64,000 nucleotides of DNA, taken from NCBI GenBank assembly GCA_052389555.1, contig JBQTHV010000015.1:1492-65491 (forward strand). Reading direction: 5' to 3'. The translations under genes were made by a program, and so were the position numbers. How positions within the stretch are numbered: the first letter of the stretch is position 1; each line of letters begins with the position of its first letter. Shown here piece after piece: positions 56,725-64,000 of the stretch. The notes beneath the pieces were generated by a model. The model saw only the letters and a program-made list of their open reading frames with translations, was not told the origin of the DNA and did not search any database. The DNA is from Gemmatimonadales bacterium (GTDB taxonomy: Bacteria; Gemmatimonadota; Gemmatimonadetes; Gemmatimonadales; GWC2-71-9).

Positions 56725-58709
56725 AATCGCTTCTCGTTCTGACCCTTCTGCAACCGGCCCAGGGTGGGCTCGAGTCGGACATTGCCGCGCTCATCGCGCG
56801 AGTGCCCCCGCCGGCGCGGCGGGGCGCCCCGTCGGTCGTGAATGTGGTCTCGAGCGATCGGGTCTTCGCGGGCGATCAACTGAACGTCCTCACCGCCGCG
56901 TGGTTACCGCGCTCGCTCCGGCTTAGGCTTCGCCAGGCCCCCACCCTGACGCCACCGGCGCTTACCGGCGTATGGTCCATTCCGCGCCGTCCCATTTCGG
57001 GTGCCGTCGCGGTCTACGAAGGGGAGACCGAGAGCTATGACCTCTTTGTCGGCGCGCAGACGGTGTATCCCCTCAACCCCGGTCTGCTGACGATTCCACC
57101 GGCTCGCCTGAGCTGGGTGCAGCCGCGGGCCGGAGGAGAAGAGCGATCCCAGGCGGTCGAGAGCCCATCGCTGCTGGTGCAGGTGCGCGAGCTGCCGGCT
57201 GCCGGTCAACCGTCGCAGCTGCCCGGACCACCTCCCATCGCACGCGACCTGCGCATTGAGTATCGGCTGGGCGCTGGAGCGGGCCGCGCCGGCGCCGTCC
57301 TTCCGGTTGAGGTTGCGCTGAGCGGGGCCGGCGGCATTCCGCTGTGGCCCGCTCCCGAATTGAGCTGGCCCTCCGGCGTGCGCGCCTACGATCAGGGAGC
57401 GGAAACCGAGTTCCAGCCTCGCGGCTCCCGGCTCTTCGGGACTCGCCGGTTTCGATTCTCTCTGGTGCCCGACTCGGCCGGCGGGCTGTCACTGCCGCCG
57501 ATCGAGTATCCCCACTTCGATCCGGTGACCGCCGGCTACCGGACCGCGCGCACCCCGGGCATCGTGGTTCCCATTCTGGAAGCAGCACCGGTCACCGATC
57601 AGCGATTTCCTCTGCCGTTGCTGGTCCCGAGGTCTCCGACGCTCGCGGAGCGGCTGCTTCGAATGCCGGGTTATGTGCTCTGGATCCTGGCGCTCCTGCC
57701 GGTGGGCTTGATCGGCGTGGTCGCGGCGTGGAAACGCCGGCGCCGCCAGCCCAAGCCCGCGGCGCTGCCGAGCCCTGCCGAGGAACTCGAATTGCTGTTC
57801 CAGTCGCTCCCTGCGCCGCGCGCCGGTGCGAGGCGGAGCGCGCTGATTGCCGCGCTGCGGGACGCCGGACTCGAGCGCGCCGCCGCCGGCCGGCTGGTCC
57901 ATCTGCATCTTGCCGTTGAGGCGTCCCGGTACGGTCCACCCGACGTGACTGCCGGTGCGTCTCCCCGGGAGCCGGAGATCGCCGCCGCGCTCGACCAGGT
58001 GCCTGGTCGGATCCGCGGTGCCAAGGTTGGCGCGCTTCTGGTCCTGGGCTGGCTCGGGGCCCTGGCCCGGCCCGGTGCGGCGCAAACCGGTCTCGACTTG
58101 TACCAGCGCCAGCAGTATGCGGCGGCAGCCGGGGCCCTGCGCGCGGAAGCGGAGCGCGACCCTAACCCGGCGCGCTGGTACAATCTCGCCGCGGCGGAGT
58201 ATCTGAGCCGGCGCGACGCGCATGCCGCGGCGGCGTTGCTGCGCGCGCGGGCCCAGGCGCCGCGGAATCCCCGCATGGCCGCGTTGTGGAACGAGCTGGC
58301 CCGCGCCTATCCCGCCTTGCGCGCCGCCGAGCCATCTTCTCCGCTTCCGCTCTCGGCCGATGAGTGGTTTGCGCTGGCGATCCTCGGTGCCTGGGTCGGG
58401 TTCGCCTGGTATCTCTGGCCGGGACCCCGCCTCAAGCTTTGGGTGCTGGCCCTGGTTCTCGCTCTGGGGCTGGCGCTCTTGGGTGCGATCCGGCAGGCCG
58501 AAGAGCCGGGCGAGCGCGCGGTGCTGATGGGCGGGGCGAGTCTCCGGGTTTCGCCCCATGGCCTCGCGCCGGCGGTGAGCAGCATTCCGGCCTTCAGCGT
58601 CGTGGAGCCGCTCCGAGCCCAAGGCGAGTGGTGGCTGGTACGCTCTTCGGGCGGTGAGGGTTGGATACCCTCGGATATCCTCGCACTGTCTTCAGGCGGT
58701 AGTAAGTAG
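56721..58709 (+). CDS. BatD-like protein fused to TPR and SH3-like C-terminus
   Basis: BatD-type N-terminal Ig-like region, TM helices, TPR-like segment and C-terminal GEWWLVRSSGGEGWIPSDIL. Confidence 0.7.
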   Translation: MKSLLVLTLLQPAQGGLESDIAALIARVPPPARRGAPSVVNVVSSDRVFAGDQLNVLTAAWLPRSLRLRLRQAPTLTPPALTGVWSIPRRPISGAVAVYEGETESYDLFVGAQTVYPLNPGLLTIPPARLSWVQPRAGGEERSQAVESPSLLVQVRELPAAGQPSQLPGPPPIARDLRIEYRLGAGAGRAGAVLPVEVALSGAGGIPLWPAPELSWPSGVRAYDQGAETEFQPRGSRLFGTRRFRFSLVPDSAGGLSLPPIEYPHFDPVTAGYRTARTPGIVVPILEAAPVTDQRFPLPLLVPRSPTLAERLLRMPGYVLWILALLPVGLIGVVAAWKRRRRQPKPAALPSPAEELELLFQSLPAPRAGARRSALIAALRDAGLERAAAGRLVHLHLAVEASRYGPPDVTAGASPREPEIAAALDQVPGRIRGAKVGALLVLGWLGALARPGAAQTGLDLYQRQQYAAAAGALRAEAERDPNPARWYNLAAAEYLSRRDAHAAAALLRARAQAPRNPRMAALWNELARAYPALRAAEPSSPLPLSADEWFALAILGAWVGFAWYLWPGPRLKLWVLALVLALGLALLGAIRQAEEPGERAVLMGGASLRVSPHGLAPAVSSIPAFSVVEPLRAQGEWWLVRSSGGEGWIPSDILALSSGGSK

Positions 58710-58742
58710 GAGGCTATCTCCGGTTCATCTAGATTCCTCGCA

Positions 58743-60431
58743 ATGCGCATAACAATCCTGCCGGATTCAGTCGCAAACCAGATCGCTGCCGGCGAAGTCG
58801 TGGAGCGGCCTGCCTCGGTCGTGAAAGAGCTGATCGAGAACGCGCTCGATGCCGGCGCGCGGCACCTGCGAGTCGAGCTGGAGCAGGGCGGCAAGACCCT
58901 CATCGCGGTGAGCGATGACGGGTGCGGCATGGATCCTCAGGACGCGGTCCTGGCCCTCGATCGACACGCCACGAGCAAGATCGCGCGCGCGAGCGACCTG
59001 ATCGGCGTGCGCACGTTCGGGTTTCGAGGCGAAGCCCTTCCCGCTATCGCGTCGGTCTCGCGCTTCACGATGACGACTTCCGACGGCGGTGAAGCGACCG
59101 AGGTCATGGTGACCGGAGGCCGCCTGGAGCGGGTGGAGCGGGCGGTGCGCCAGCGCGGAACCACCGTGATGGTGCGGGGGCTCTTCTTCAACACGCCGGC
59201 CCGCCGCAAGTTCCTGCGCTCGGTGCCGTCCGAGAACCGCGCGGCGACCGAAGCGGTGACGGTGCTGGCCCTGGCCCATCCCGAAACGGGATTCGAGCTC
59301 ATCGTTGACGGGGCCACCCGGCTCGCGGTTCCCCCGGATCAGGATGAGCCCGCACGGCTCGTCGGGGCGTGGGGCGACCACCTGGCCGGCACCCTGGTAC
59401 CGGTACGCTATGCCGCCGGTGCGGTGCAGGTCGCGGGTTATGTGCAGCGGCCGGGCGACGCCGCACCCACCGGCCGGCGGGTCCAACTCTTCGTCAACGG
59501 CCGGCCCTTCCGCGATCCGTTCCTGATCCGTGCGGCCGAAGCGGGTTATCGCTCCGCCATTCACCCGGGGGACCGGCCCAGTCTCCTCCTGCATCTCTCG
59601 GTGGATCCGTCCGAGGTGGATGTGAACGTTCACCCTGCCAAACTCGAAGTCCGGTTCCGGGACCGGATCGCGGTCGAGCGCACCGTCGAGGAAGCGGTGC
59701 GGGATGCGCTGGGCCAACTCGAAGCGGCGGTGCCGGTGGGTGAGTGGAGACCGGCTCCTCGGGAATCGGGAATCGGGAGTCGGGAATCGGGAACGGAAGG
59801 GGCGACCCTCGACTTCCCGACTCCCGACCCCCGACTCCCGACTTCCGATGAGAGCCGCTTCGAGCCTCGGGTGACCCAGCTTTTCTCGAGCTATCTCACC
59901 TTCGAGGGCCCCGAGGGCCTCGTCATCGTGGATCAGCACTCCGCCCACGAGCGGGTGCTCTTCGAAGAGGTGATGCGGCACCTCACTAACGGGGGGATCG
60001 CCGCGAGCCAGCGGCTCTTGTTTCCCGAAACCGTGGAGCTCACCGACGAAGAGCTCGAGGCGGTCGAGCGGCATCGCGAGGCGCTGGAAGCGGTCGGGTA
60101 CCAGGTCGCGCCGTTCGGCGGCCGGACCGTCGTGATCCACGCGGTGCCGGCACCGCACCCGCGGTTCGAGGCGGTCGCGTGTTTTCGCGAGCTGGTCGCC
60201 GATCTCGCGCGGGGCCGCTTCGGGGGATGGGCCAACCGGCTCGAGCGGTTCGCGGCGACCTACGCGTGCCGGGCCGCGGTAAAGGCCGGGACGCCGCTGT
60301 CCGATTCGGAGATGCGGGCGCTGCTCTTGCGTCTCTTCGAAACCAAGTTGCCGCCGCACGACGTGCACGGCCGGAGCACCATCGTCCAACTTCCCCGGGT
60401 GGAGCTGGAGCGCCGGTTTGGGCGACAATAA
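58743..60431 (+). CDS. mutL: DNA mismatch repair protein MutL
   Basis: GHKL ATPase motifs AAGEVVERPASVVKELIENALDAG, DDGCGM and GFRGEAL, plus the C-terminal dimerisation domain. Confidence 0.95.
   Translation: MRITILPDSVANQIAAGEVVERPASVVKELIENALDAGARHLRVELEQGGKTLIAVSDDGCGMDPQDAVLALDRHATSKIARASDLIGVRTFGFRGEALPAIASVSRFTMTTSDGGEATEVMVTGGRLERVERAVRQRGTTVMVRGLFFNTPARRKFLRSVPSENRAATEAVTVLALAHPETGFELIVDGATRLAVPPDQDEPARLVGAWGDHLAGTLVPVRYAAGAVQVAGYVQRPGDAAPTGRRVQLFVNGRPFRDPFLIRAAEAGYRSAIHPGDRPSLLLHLSVDPSEVDVNVHPAKLEVRFRDRIAVERTVEEAVRDALGQLEAAVPVGEWRPAPRESGIGSRESGTEGATLDFPTPDPRLPTSDESRFEPRVTQLFSSYLTFEGPEGLVIVDQHSAHERVLFEEVMRHLTNGGIAASQRLLFPETVELTDEELEAVERHREALEAVGYQVAPFGGRTVVIHAVPAPHPRFEAVACFRELVADLARGRFGGWANRLERFAATYACRAAVKAGTPLSDSEMRALLLRLFETKLPPHDVHGRSTIVQLPRVELERRFGRQ
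59759..59848. repeat. heptamer-periodic hairpin (CGGGAAT arm / TTCCCGA arm) in frame inside mutL
   Basis: tcgggaatcgggaatcgggagtcgggaatcgggaac ... cttcccgactcccgacccccgactcccgacttccga. Encodes RESGIGSRESGTEGATLDFPTPDPRLPTSD. Confidence 0.85.
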
Positions 60432-61347
60432 GGTCCCGATCATCGTGGGACCGACCGCCATCGGCAAGACCGCCGTGGCGCTGGCGCTCGCGGCCCACCT
60501 GCCCATCGAGGTCATCTCGGCCGACTCGCGCCAGATCTATCGCCGCCTCGACATCGGCACCGCGAAACCCACTCGCCGTGAGCGCCAACGGGTGCCGCAC
60601 CATGGGATCGATCTGGTCGAGCCGGGCACGCGGTACAGCGCGGGTCACTTCGCGCGCGAAGCAGCGGGATGGATCGCCGAAGCAAGACGCCGGGGCCGGT
60701 TGCCGGTCGTGGTTGGGGGTACCGGACTCTATATTCGCGCACTGGCTGAAGGTCTGTTCGAGGAACCCCCGCTCGACCCCGACCGACGCCGGGCGCTGGA
60801 ACACTGGATCGGAAGCCTGGAGCCGGCCGATCTCGTGCGCTGGGCGGGCCGGCTCGATCCCGGTTTCGCGGGTGGGGGGCGCCAGCGTGCCGTGCGGGCG
60901 ATCGAGATCGCGCTGCTCACGGGCCGACCCCTCTCGGGATGGCACCGGCGGACTCCGGCCGCGGCGACACTCACGCCGTGGTACCTGCGGCTCGCCGCGC
61001 CGCGAGCGGTGCTGGCGCAGCGCATCCGCACCCGCACAGAGGAGATGTTGCGCCGCGGGTTAATCGAGGAAGTCGCTGCGGTGCTGAGCGAAGGGCTTCC
61101 GGCTGACGCGCCGGGCCTCACCGGCGTCGGGATTCGCCAGGCGGTCGACTATCTCCACGGCCGGCTCTCCCGCGAGCGGGTGGCCGATGCGATCGTCACC
61201 GCGACGCGCCAGTACGCCAAGCGGCAGGAAACCTGGTTTCGGCACCAGCTTCGCGGTGCCAGGCTGACGCTCGACGCGACTCAACCGGTCGAGGATCTCG
61301 CCCGGTCTATTGCGGATGCATGGAAGGAGGTAGTAAGCAGGAGGTAG
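60418..61347 (+). CDS. miaA: tRNA dimethylallyltransferase
   Basis: P-loop GPTAIGKT plus SADSRQIYR..DIGTAKP. TTG start overlaps the mutL 3' end. Confidence 0.93.
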   Translation: MGDNKVPIIVGPTAIGKTAVALALAAHLPIEVISADSRQIYRRLDIGTAKPTRRERQRVPHHGIDLVEPGTRYSAGHFAREAAGWIAEARRRGRLPVVVGGTGLYIRALAEGLFEEPPLDPDRRRALEHWIGSLEPADLVRWAGRLDPGFAGGGRQRAVRAIEIALLTGRPLSGWHRRTPAAATLTPWYLRLAAPRAVLAQRIRTRTEEMLRRGLIEEVAAVLSEGLPADAPGLTGVGIRQAVDYLHGRLSRERVADAIVTATRQYAKRQETWFRHQLRGARLTLDATQPVEDLARSIADAWKEVVSRR

Positions 61348-61435
61348 TAAGTAGGGAAGTCGAGGAGCCAGCCCGCCCTCGTGAGCAAGCTGGGCTCGGT
61401 TTGTCCCTACTCACTACCTCCTGCTTACTACCTCC
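61326..61435. repeat. hairpin of GGAGGTAGTAAGCA units (32-bp stem, 1 mismatch, 46-nt loop)
   Basis: 61326-61357 ggaggtagtaagcaggaggtagtaagtaggga pairs with 61404-61435 tcccctactcactacctcctgcttactacctcc-type arm. The left arm supplies the miaA stop. Confidence 0.9.
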
Positions 61436-61447
61436 TAAAGAGACGAT

Positions 61448-62572
61448 ATGAAGATCGGCATAACCTGCTACCCCACCTACGGCGGCTCCGGCGCCCTCGC
61501 GACGGAGCTGGGGCTTGATCTCGCCCGGCGGGGGCACGAGGTGCACTTCATCACCTACGCGATGCCGTTCCGGCTCCGGGGCTACGTCGAGCGGGTCTAT
61601 TTCCACGAGGTGGACACCGTCTCGGGGCGCTACCCTCTCTTCGAGCATTATCCCTATACCCTCGCGCTCGCCTCCAAGCAGCACGAAGTGGCCCTGCGGG
61701 AAAAACTCGACGTGCTGCACGTGCATTACGCGATCCCCCACGCCACCACGGCCTGGATCGCGCGGCAGATGCTCGGTGCGCAGCATCCGATCAAAGTCAT
61801 TACGACGCTACATGGCACCGACATTACCCTGGTGGGGCAGGAAGAGAGCTTTCACGCGATTACCAAGTTCTCGATCGAGCAGTCCGATGCGGTTACCGCG
61901 GTCTCCGAGTTCCTCAAGGAGGAGACCCTCCGCGCTTTCGGCTGCCGCGAGTGCCGGATCGCGGTGATTCCCAACTTCGTGAAGCTCGACGAGTACTTCC
62001 CGGCGCCCGCCAAGGAAAGGGACGGCCTGTGCCCCGCCGGGTGCAAGCTGCTGATCCATGTCTCCAACTTCCGCGAGGTGAAGCGGGTTAGGGACGTGGT
62101 GCGGATCTTCGCGCGGGTGCGCCGGACCATGCCCTCGGTCCTGCTCATGATCGGTGACGGCCCCGAGCGTGCCGACGCCGAGCGGGAGAGCCGCGAGCTC
62201 GGCGTGGACGGCGACGTCCGCTTCCTGGGACGGATCGATACCGTGGCGCCGCTGCTCCAGCAGAGCGATCTCTTCCTGCTGCCGAGTCAGAGCGAGTCGT
62301 TCGGGCTCGCCGCGCTCGAGGCCATGGCGTGTGGCGTTCCGGTGGTGGCGAGCCGGGCCGGCGGCCTGCCGGAGCTGATTCTCGACGGTGAAACGGGCGT
62401 CCTCGAGCCGCCCGGTTCCGTTGAAGCGATGGCGCGCCGTGCCGCCGAGCTGCTCCGCGACACGGCGCGCCACCGCGCGATGAGCGAAGCGGCGGCGGCG
62501 CGCGCGTTGGCATTTGCGGCGGACCGCATCGTTCCCCGCTACGAGGCCCTCTATCAACAGGTGGCGGGTTGA
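61448..62572 (+). CDS. bshA: N-acetyl-alpha-D-glucosaminyl L-malate synthase (bacillithiol biosynthesis GT4)
   Basis: N-terminus [37 protein letters not shown] closely matches the BshA hallmark. GT4 E-x7-E region [16 protein letters not shown]. Confidence 0.72.
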   Translation: MKIGITCYPTYGGSGALATELGLDLARRGHEVHFITYAMPFRLRGYVERVYFHEVDTVSGRYPLFEHYPYTLALASKQHEVALREKLDVLHVHYAIPHATTAWIARQMLGAQHPIKVITTLHGTDITLVGQEESFHAITKFSIEQSDAVTAVSEFLKEETLRAFGCRECRIAVIPNFVKLDEYFPAPAKERDGLCPAGCKLLIHVSNFREVKRVRDVVRIFARVRRTMPSVLLMIGDGPERADAERESRELGVDGDVRFLGRIDTVAPLLQQSDLFLLPSQSESFGLAALEAMACGVPVVASRAGGLPELILDGETGVLEPPGSVEAMARRAAELLRDTARHRAMSEAAAARALAFAADRIVPRYEALYQQVAG

Positions 62573-63450
62573 CCCTGACCGGCTGGGATGGCTTGCTCAT
62601 CGGGCTGGTCCAGGGTCTTACCGAGTTCCTTCCGATTTCGAGCTCGGGCCACCTGGTGCTCGCGGAACGGCTGGTGGGCTACGAGCCACGCGGGGTGTTC
62701 GTCGAGGTGGCGGTTCACGTCGCCACGCTGCTCTCGGTGGTCATCGCCTATCGGGGAAGGATTGCCGAGTTGCTCGGCGATCTGCTTACCAGGAGGCGCG
62801 GCGGGTGGCGCTACATCGGGCTCCTGCTCCTCGCCTCCGTTCCGGCCGGGATAGCCGGCATCCTGGGGCGTGACTACTTCGAGCGGACCTTCCATTCGCT
62901 GCCCGCGTTAGGCTGGAACTTCCTGATCACGGCCGGCTTGCTCTGGAGTACCCGCTATATCCCTCGGCGCTCGGCGCTCGGCGCTCGTGGCTCGGCGCTT
63001 GGCGCTCGAGAGCCGAGGGCCGAGAACCGAGAGCCGAGTACCGACGTGCCGAGTGCCGAGAGCCGAGCGCCGAGCCACGTTCCGACCATCCGCCAAGCGC
63101 TCATCATCGGCCTCGCCCAAGCCGTCGCCATTCTGCCCGGGGTATCCCGCTCGGGTGCCACCATCACCGCCGGGTTATGGACCGGACTTGCTCCAGCCCA
63201 GGCCGCCGAGTTCTCGTTCCTCATGTCGATCATCGTGATCGCGGGATCGGGCTTGCTCGAAGCCCGCCACCTGGTCCAGGGCACCCAGGACGTGTCGTTC
63301 GGACTCGCCGTCGCATTCGTCGCCGCATTGCTCGCCGGGATCGCCGCGATCAAGCTGCTCGTGCTGCTCCTTCGGCGCGGCCGGTTTCACGTCTTCGCGC
63401 CGTATGTCGCAGTGCTCGGCGTGCTGTGCTTGCTGTGGTTTGCGTTCTGA
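62569..63450 (+). CDS. uppP: undecaprenyl-diphosphate phosphatase
   Basis: [14 protein letters not shown] and [12 protein letters not shown] motifs. Contains a repeat-derived insertion of about 38 aa. Confidence 0.9.
   Translation: MTLTGWDGLLIGLVQGLTEFLPISSSGHLVLAERLVGYEPRGVFVEVAVHVATLLSVVIAYRGRIAELLGDLLTRRRGGWRYIGLLLLASVPAGIAGILGRDYFERTFHSLPALGWNFLITAGLLWSTRYIPRRSALGARGSALGAREPRAENREPSTDVPSAESRAPSHVPTIRQALIIGLAQAVAILPGVSRSGATITAGLWTGLAPAQAAEFSFLMSIIVIAGSGLLEARHLVQGTQDVSFGLAVAFVAALLAGIAAIKLLVLLLRRGRFHVFAPYVAVLGVLCLLWFAF
62963..63076. repeat. heptamer-periodic hairpin (CTCGGCG arm / CCGAGNN arm, centre CTCGAG) in frame inside uppP
   Basis: ctcggcg x3 ctcgtgg ctcggcg cttggcg ctcgag agccgag ggccgag aaccgag agccgag ... 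Encodes [37 protein letters not shown]. Confidence 0.85.
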
Positions 63451-63576
63451 AGGGAGTAGGGAATAGGGAGTAGGGAATCGGTATGGACAGCGAAGATCGG
63501 GTATTTGGGGATCTGGGTTCGGCTGCCGGGAGTGCGCCCGTCAGCCCTACCCCCTACTCCCTATCCCCTACTCCCT
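63451..63576. repeat. heptamer-periodic hairpin (GGGAGTA/GGGAATA arm vs CCCTACT/CCCTATC arm)
   Basis: 63451-63478 pairs 25/28 with 63549-63576. The loop of about 66 nt contains the candidate birA ATG. Confidence 0.85.
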
Positions 63577-64000
63577 GCGTCACCTGGCACGACTCTCTCC
63601 CGTCGACCCAAGACGAATCCCACCGCCTCGCCGCGGCTGGGGCGGTGCACGGAACCGCCGTCGTCGCGCGGGTACAGACGGCGGGGCGGGGAACCCGGGG
63701 CCGAACCTGGCACTCGGAGCCCGGCGGGTTATGGCTCAGCGTCATCGGCAGGCCCGAGCTGCATCCCGCCGTCGAGATTCTGGGCGTTCGAGTCGGGCTC
63801 GCCCTCCTGGCCTACCTCGAGACGCTGCTTCCCCGTCCCTCGCCGCTCGCGCTCAAGTGGCCCAACGACCTGATGCTGGGAAACGGAAAAGTCGGCGGGA
63901 TCCTGGCGGAGGCCCGCTGGCAGGGCGACCGGCTCGGATGGGTGGCCGTCGGCATCGGTCTGAACTTGCATAACCCGCTCGTCGCGGAGGGATTCCCGCC
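63483..64000 (+). CDS. birA: biotin--[acetyl-CoA-carboxylase] ligase (partial, runs off the right edge)
   Basis: The open frame gives WHDSLPSTQDE.., biotin loop QTAGRGTRGRTWHS and LKWPNDL. Not in the ORF track because it has no stop in the window. Start at ATG 63483 is tentative. Confidence 0.8.
   Translation, partial: MDSEDRVFGDLGSAAGSAPVSPTPYSLSPTPCVTWHDSLPSTQDESHRLAAAGAVHGTAVVARVQTAGRGTRGRTWHSEPGGLWLSVIGRPELHPAVEILGVRVGLALLAYLETLLPRPSPLALKWPNDLMLGNGKVGGILAEARWQGDRLGWVAVGIGLNLHNPLVAEGFP

Noticed and set aside
63505-63873. 122-aa + strand ORF from the track, and 63729-63971(-) and 63731-63973(+).
   Set aside because: A different, window-truncated frame encodes unmistakable BirA motifs (GRGTRGRTW, KWPNDL). 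The listed ORFs are off-frame Pro/Arg/Ser-rich artefacts.

Overview
This is a 64-kb stretch of a high-G+C bacterial chromosome, roughly two-thirds G+C by eye. The gene content looks Gram-negative and possibly Gemmatimonadota-like, but taxonomy cannot be proven from this window. Nearly all genes are on the + strand and tightly packed, often with ATGA/GTGA stop-start overlaps.

Core content, left to right:
- argS, a PfkB kinase, purM, nusB, a GT4 glycosyltransferase and hpf.
- hprK with a complete mannose-family PTS (EIIA-B-C-D), ptsH and ptsI.
- metK.
- A cobalamin riboswitch in front of btuF/C/D-like genes and a beta-propeller lipoprotein.
- recO, selB, clpB and tadA.
- An M20 amidohydrolase and LigD split into PE, ligase and polymerase ORFs.
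- Two tRNA-Ser genes, topA, a hybrid histidine kinase, mgtE and msrPQ.
- pyrR-pyrB-pyrC.
- rpsT, an M50 protease and scpAB.
- A MoxR/DUF58/BatA-D operon.
- mutL, miaA, bshA, uppP and birA (partial).

Three things stand out.
1. A 2.4-kb IS1595-family transporter IS lies at 44259-46642. It has 27-bp terminal inverted repeats and an 8-bp target duplication (AGGTTAGT). It inserted into the 3' end of pyrC and carries a low-G+C RelA/SpoT (toxSAS/CapRel-like) cargo gene. This is the best candidate for an undescribed defence or toxin module.
2. A dense dispersed family of heptanucleotide-periodic inverted-repeat hairpins occupies at least 17 loci. They sit at gene boundaries, beside both tRNAs, and in frame inside mutL, uppP and other ORFs.
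3. One of these hairpins carries a frameshifted four-helix-bundle (23S-IVS-type) gene in its loop.

Many long ORFs in the six-frame track are antisense artefacts of the high G+C content and were not called.
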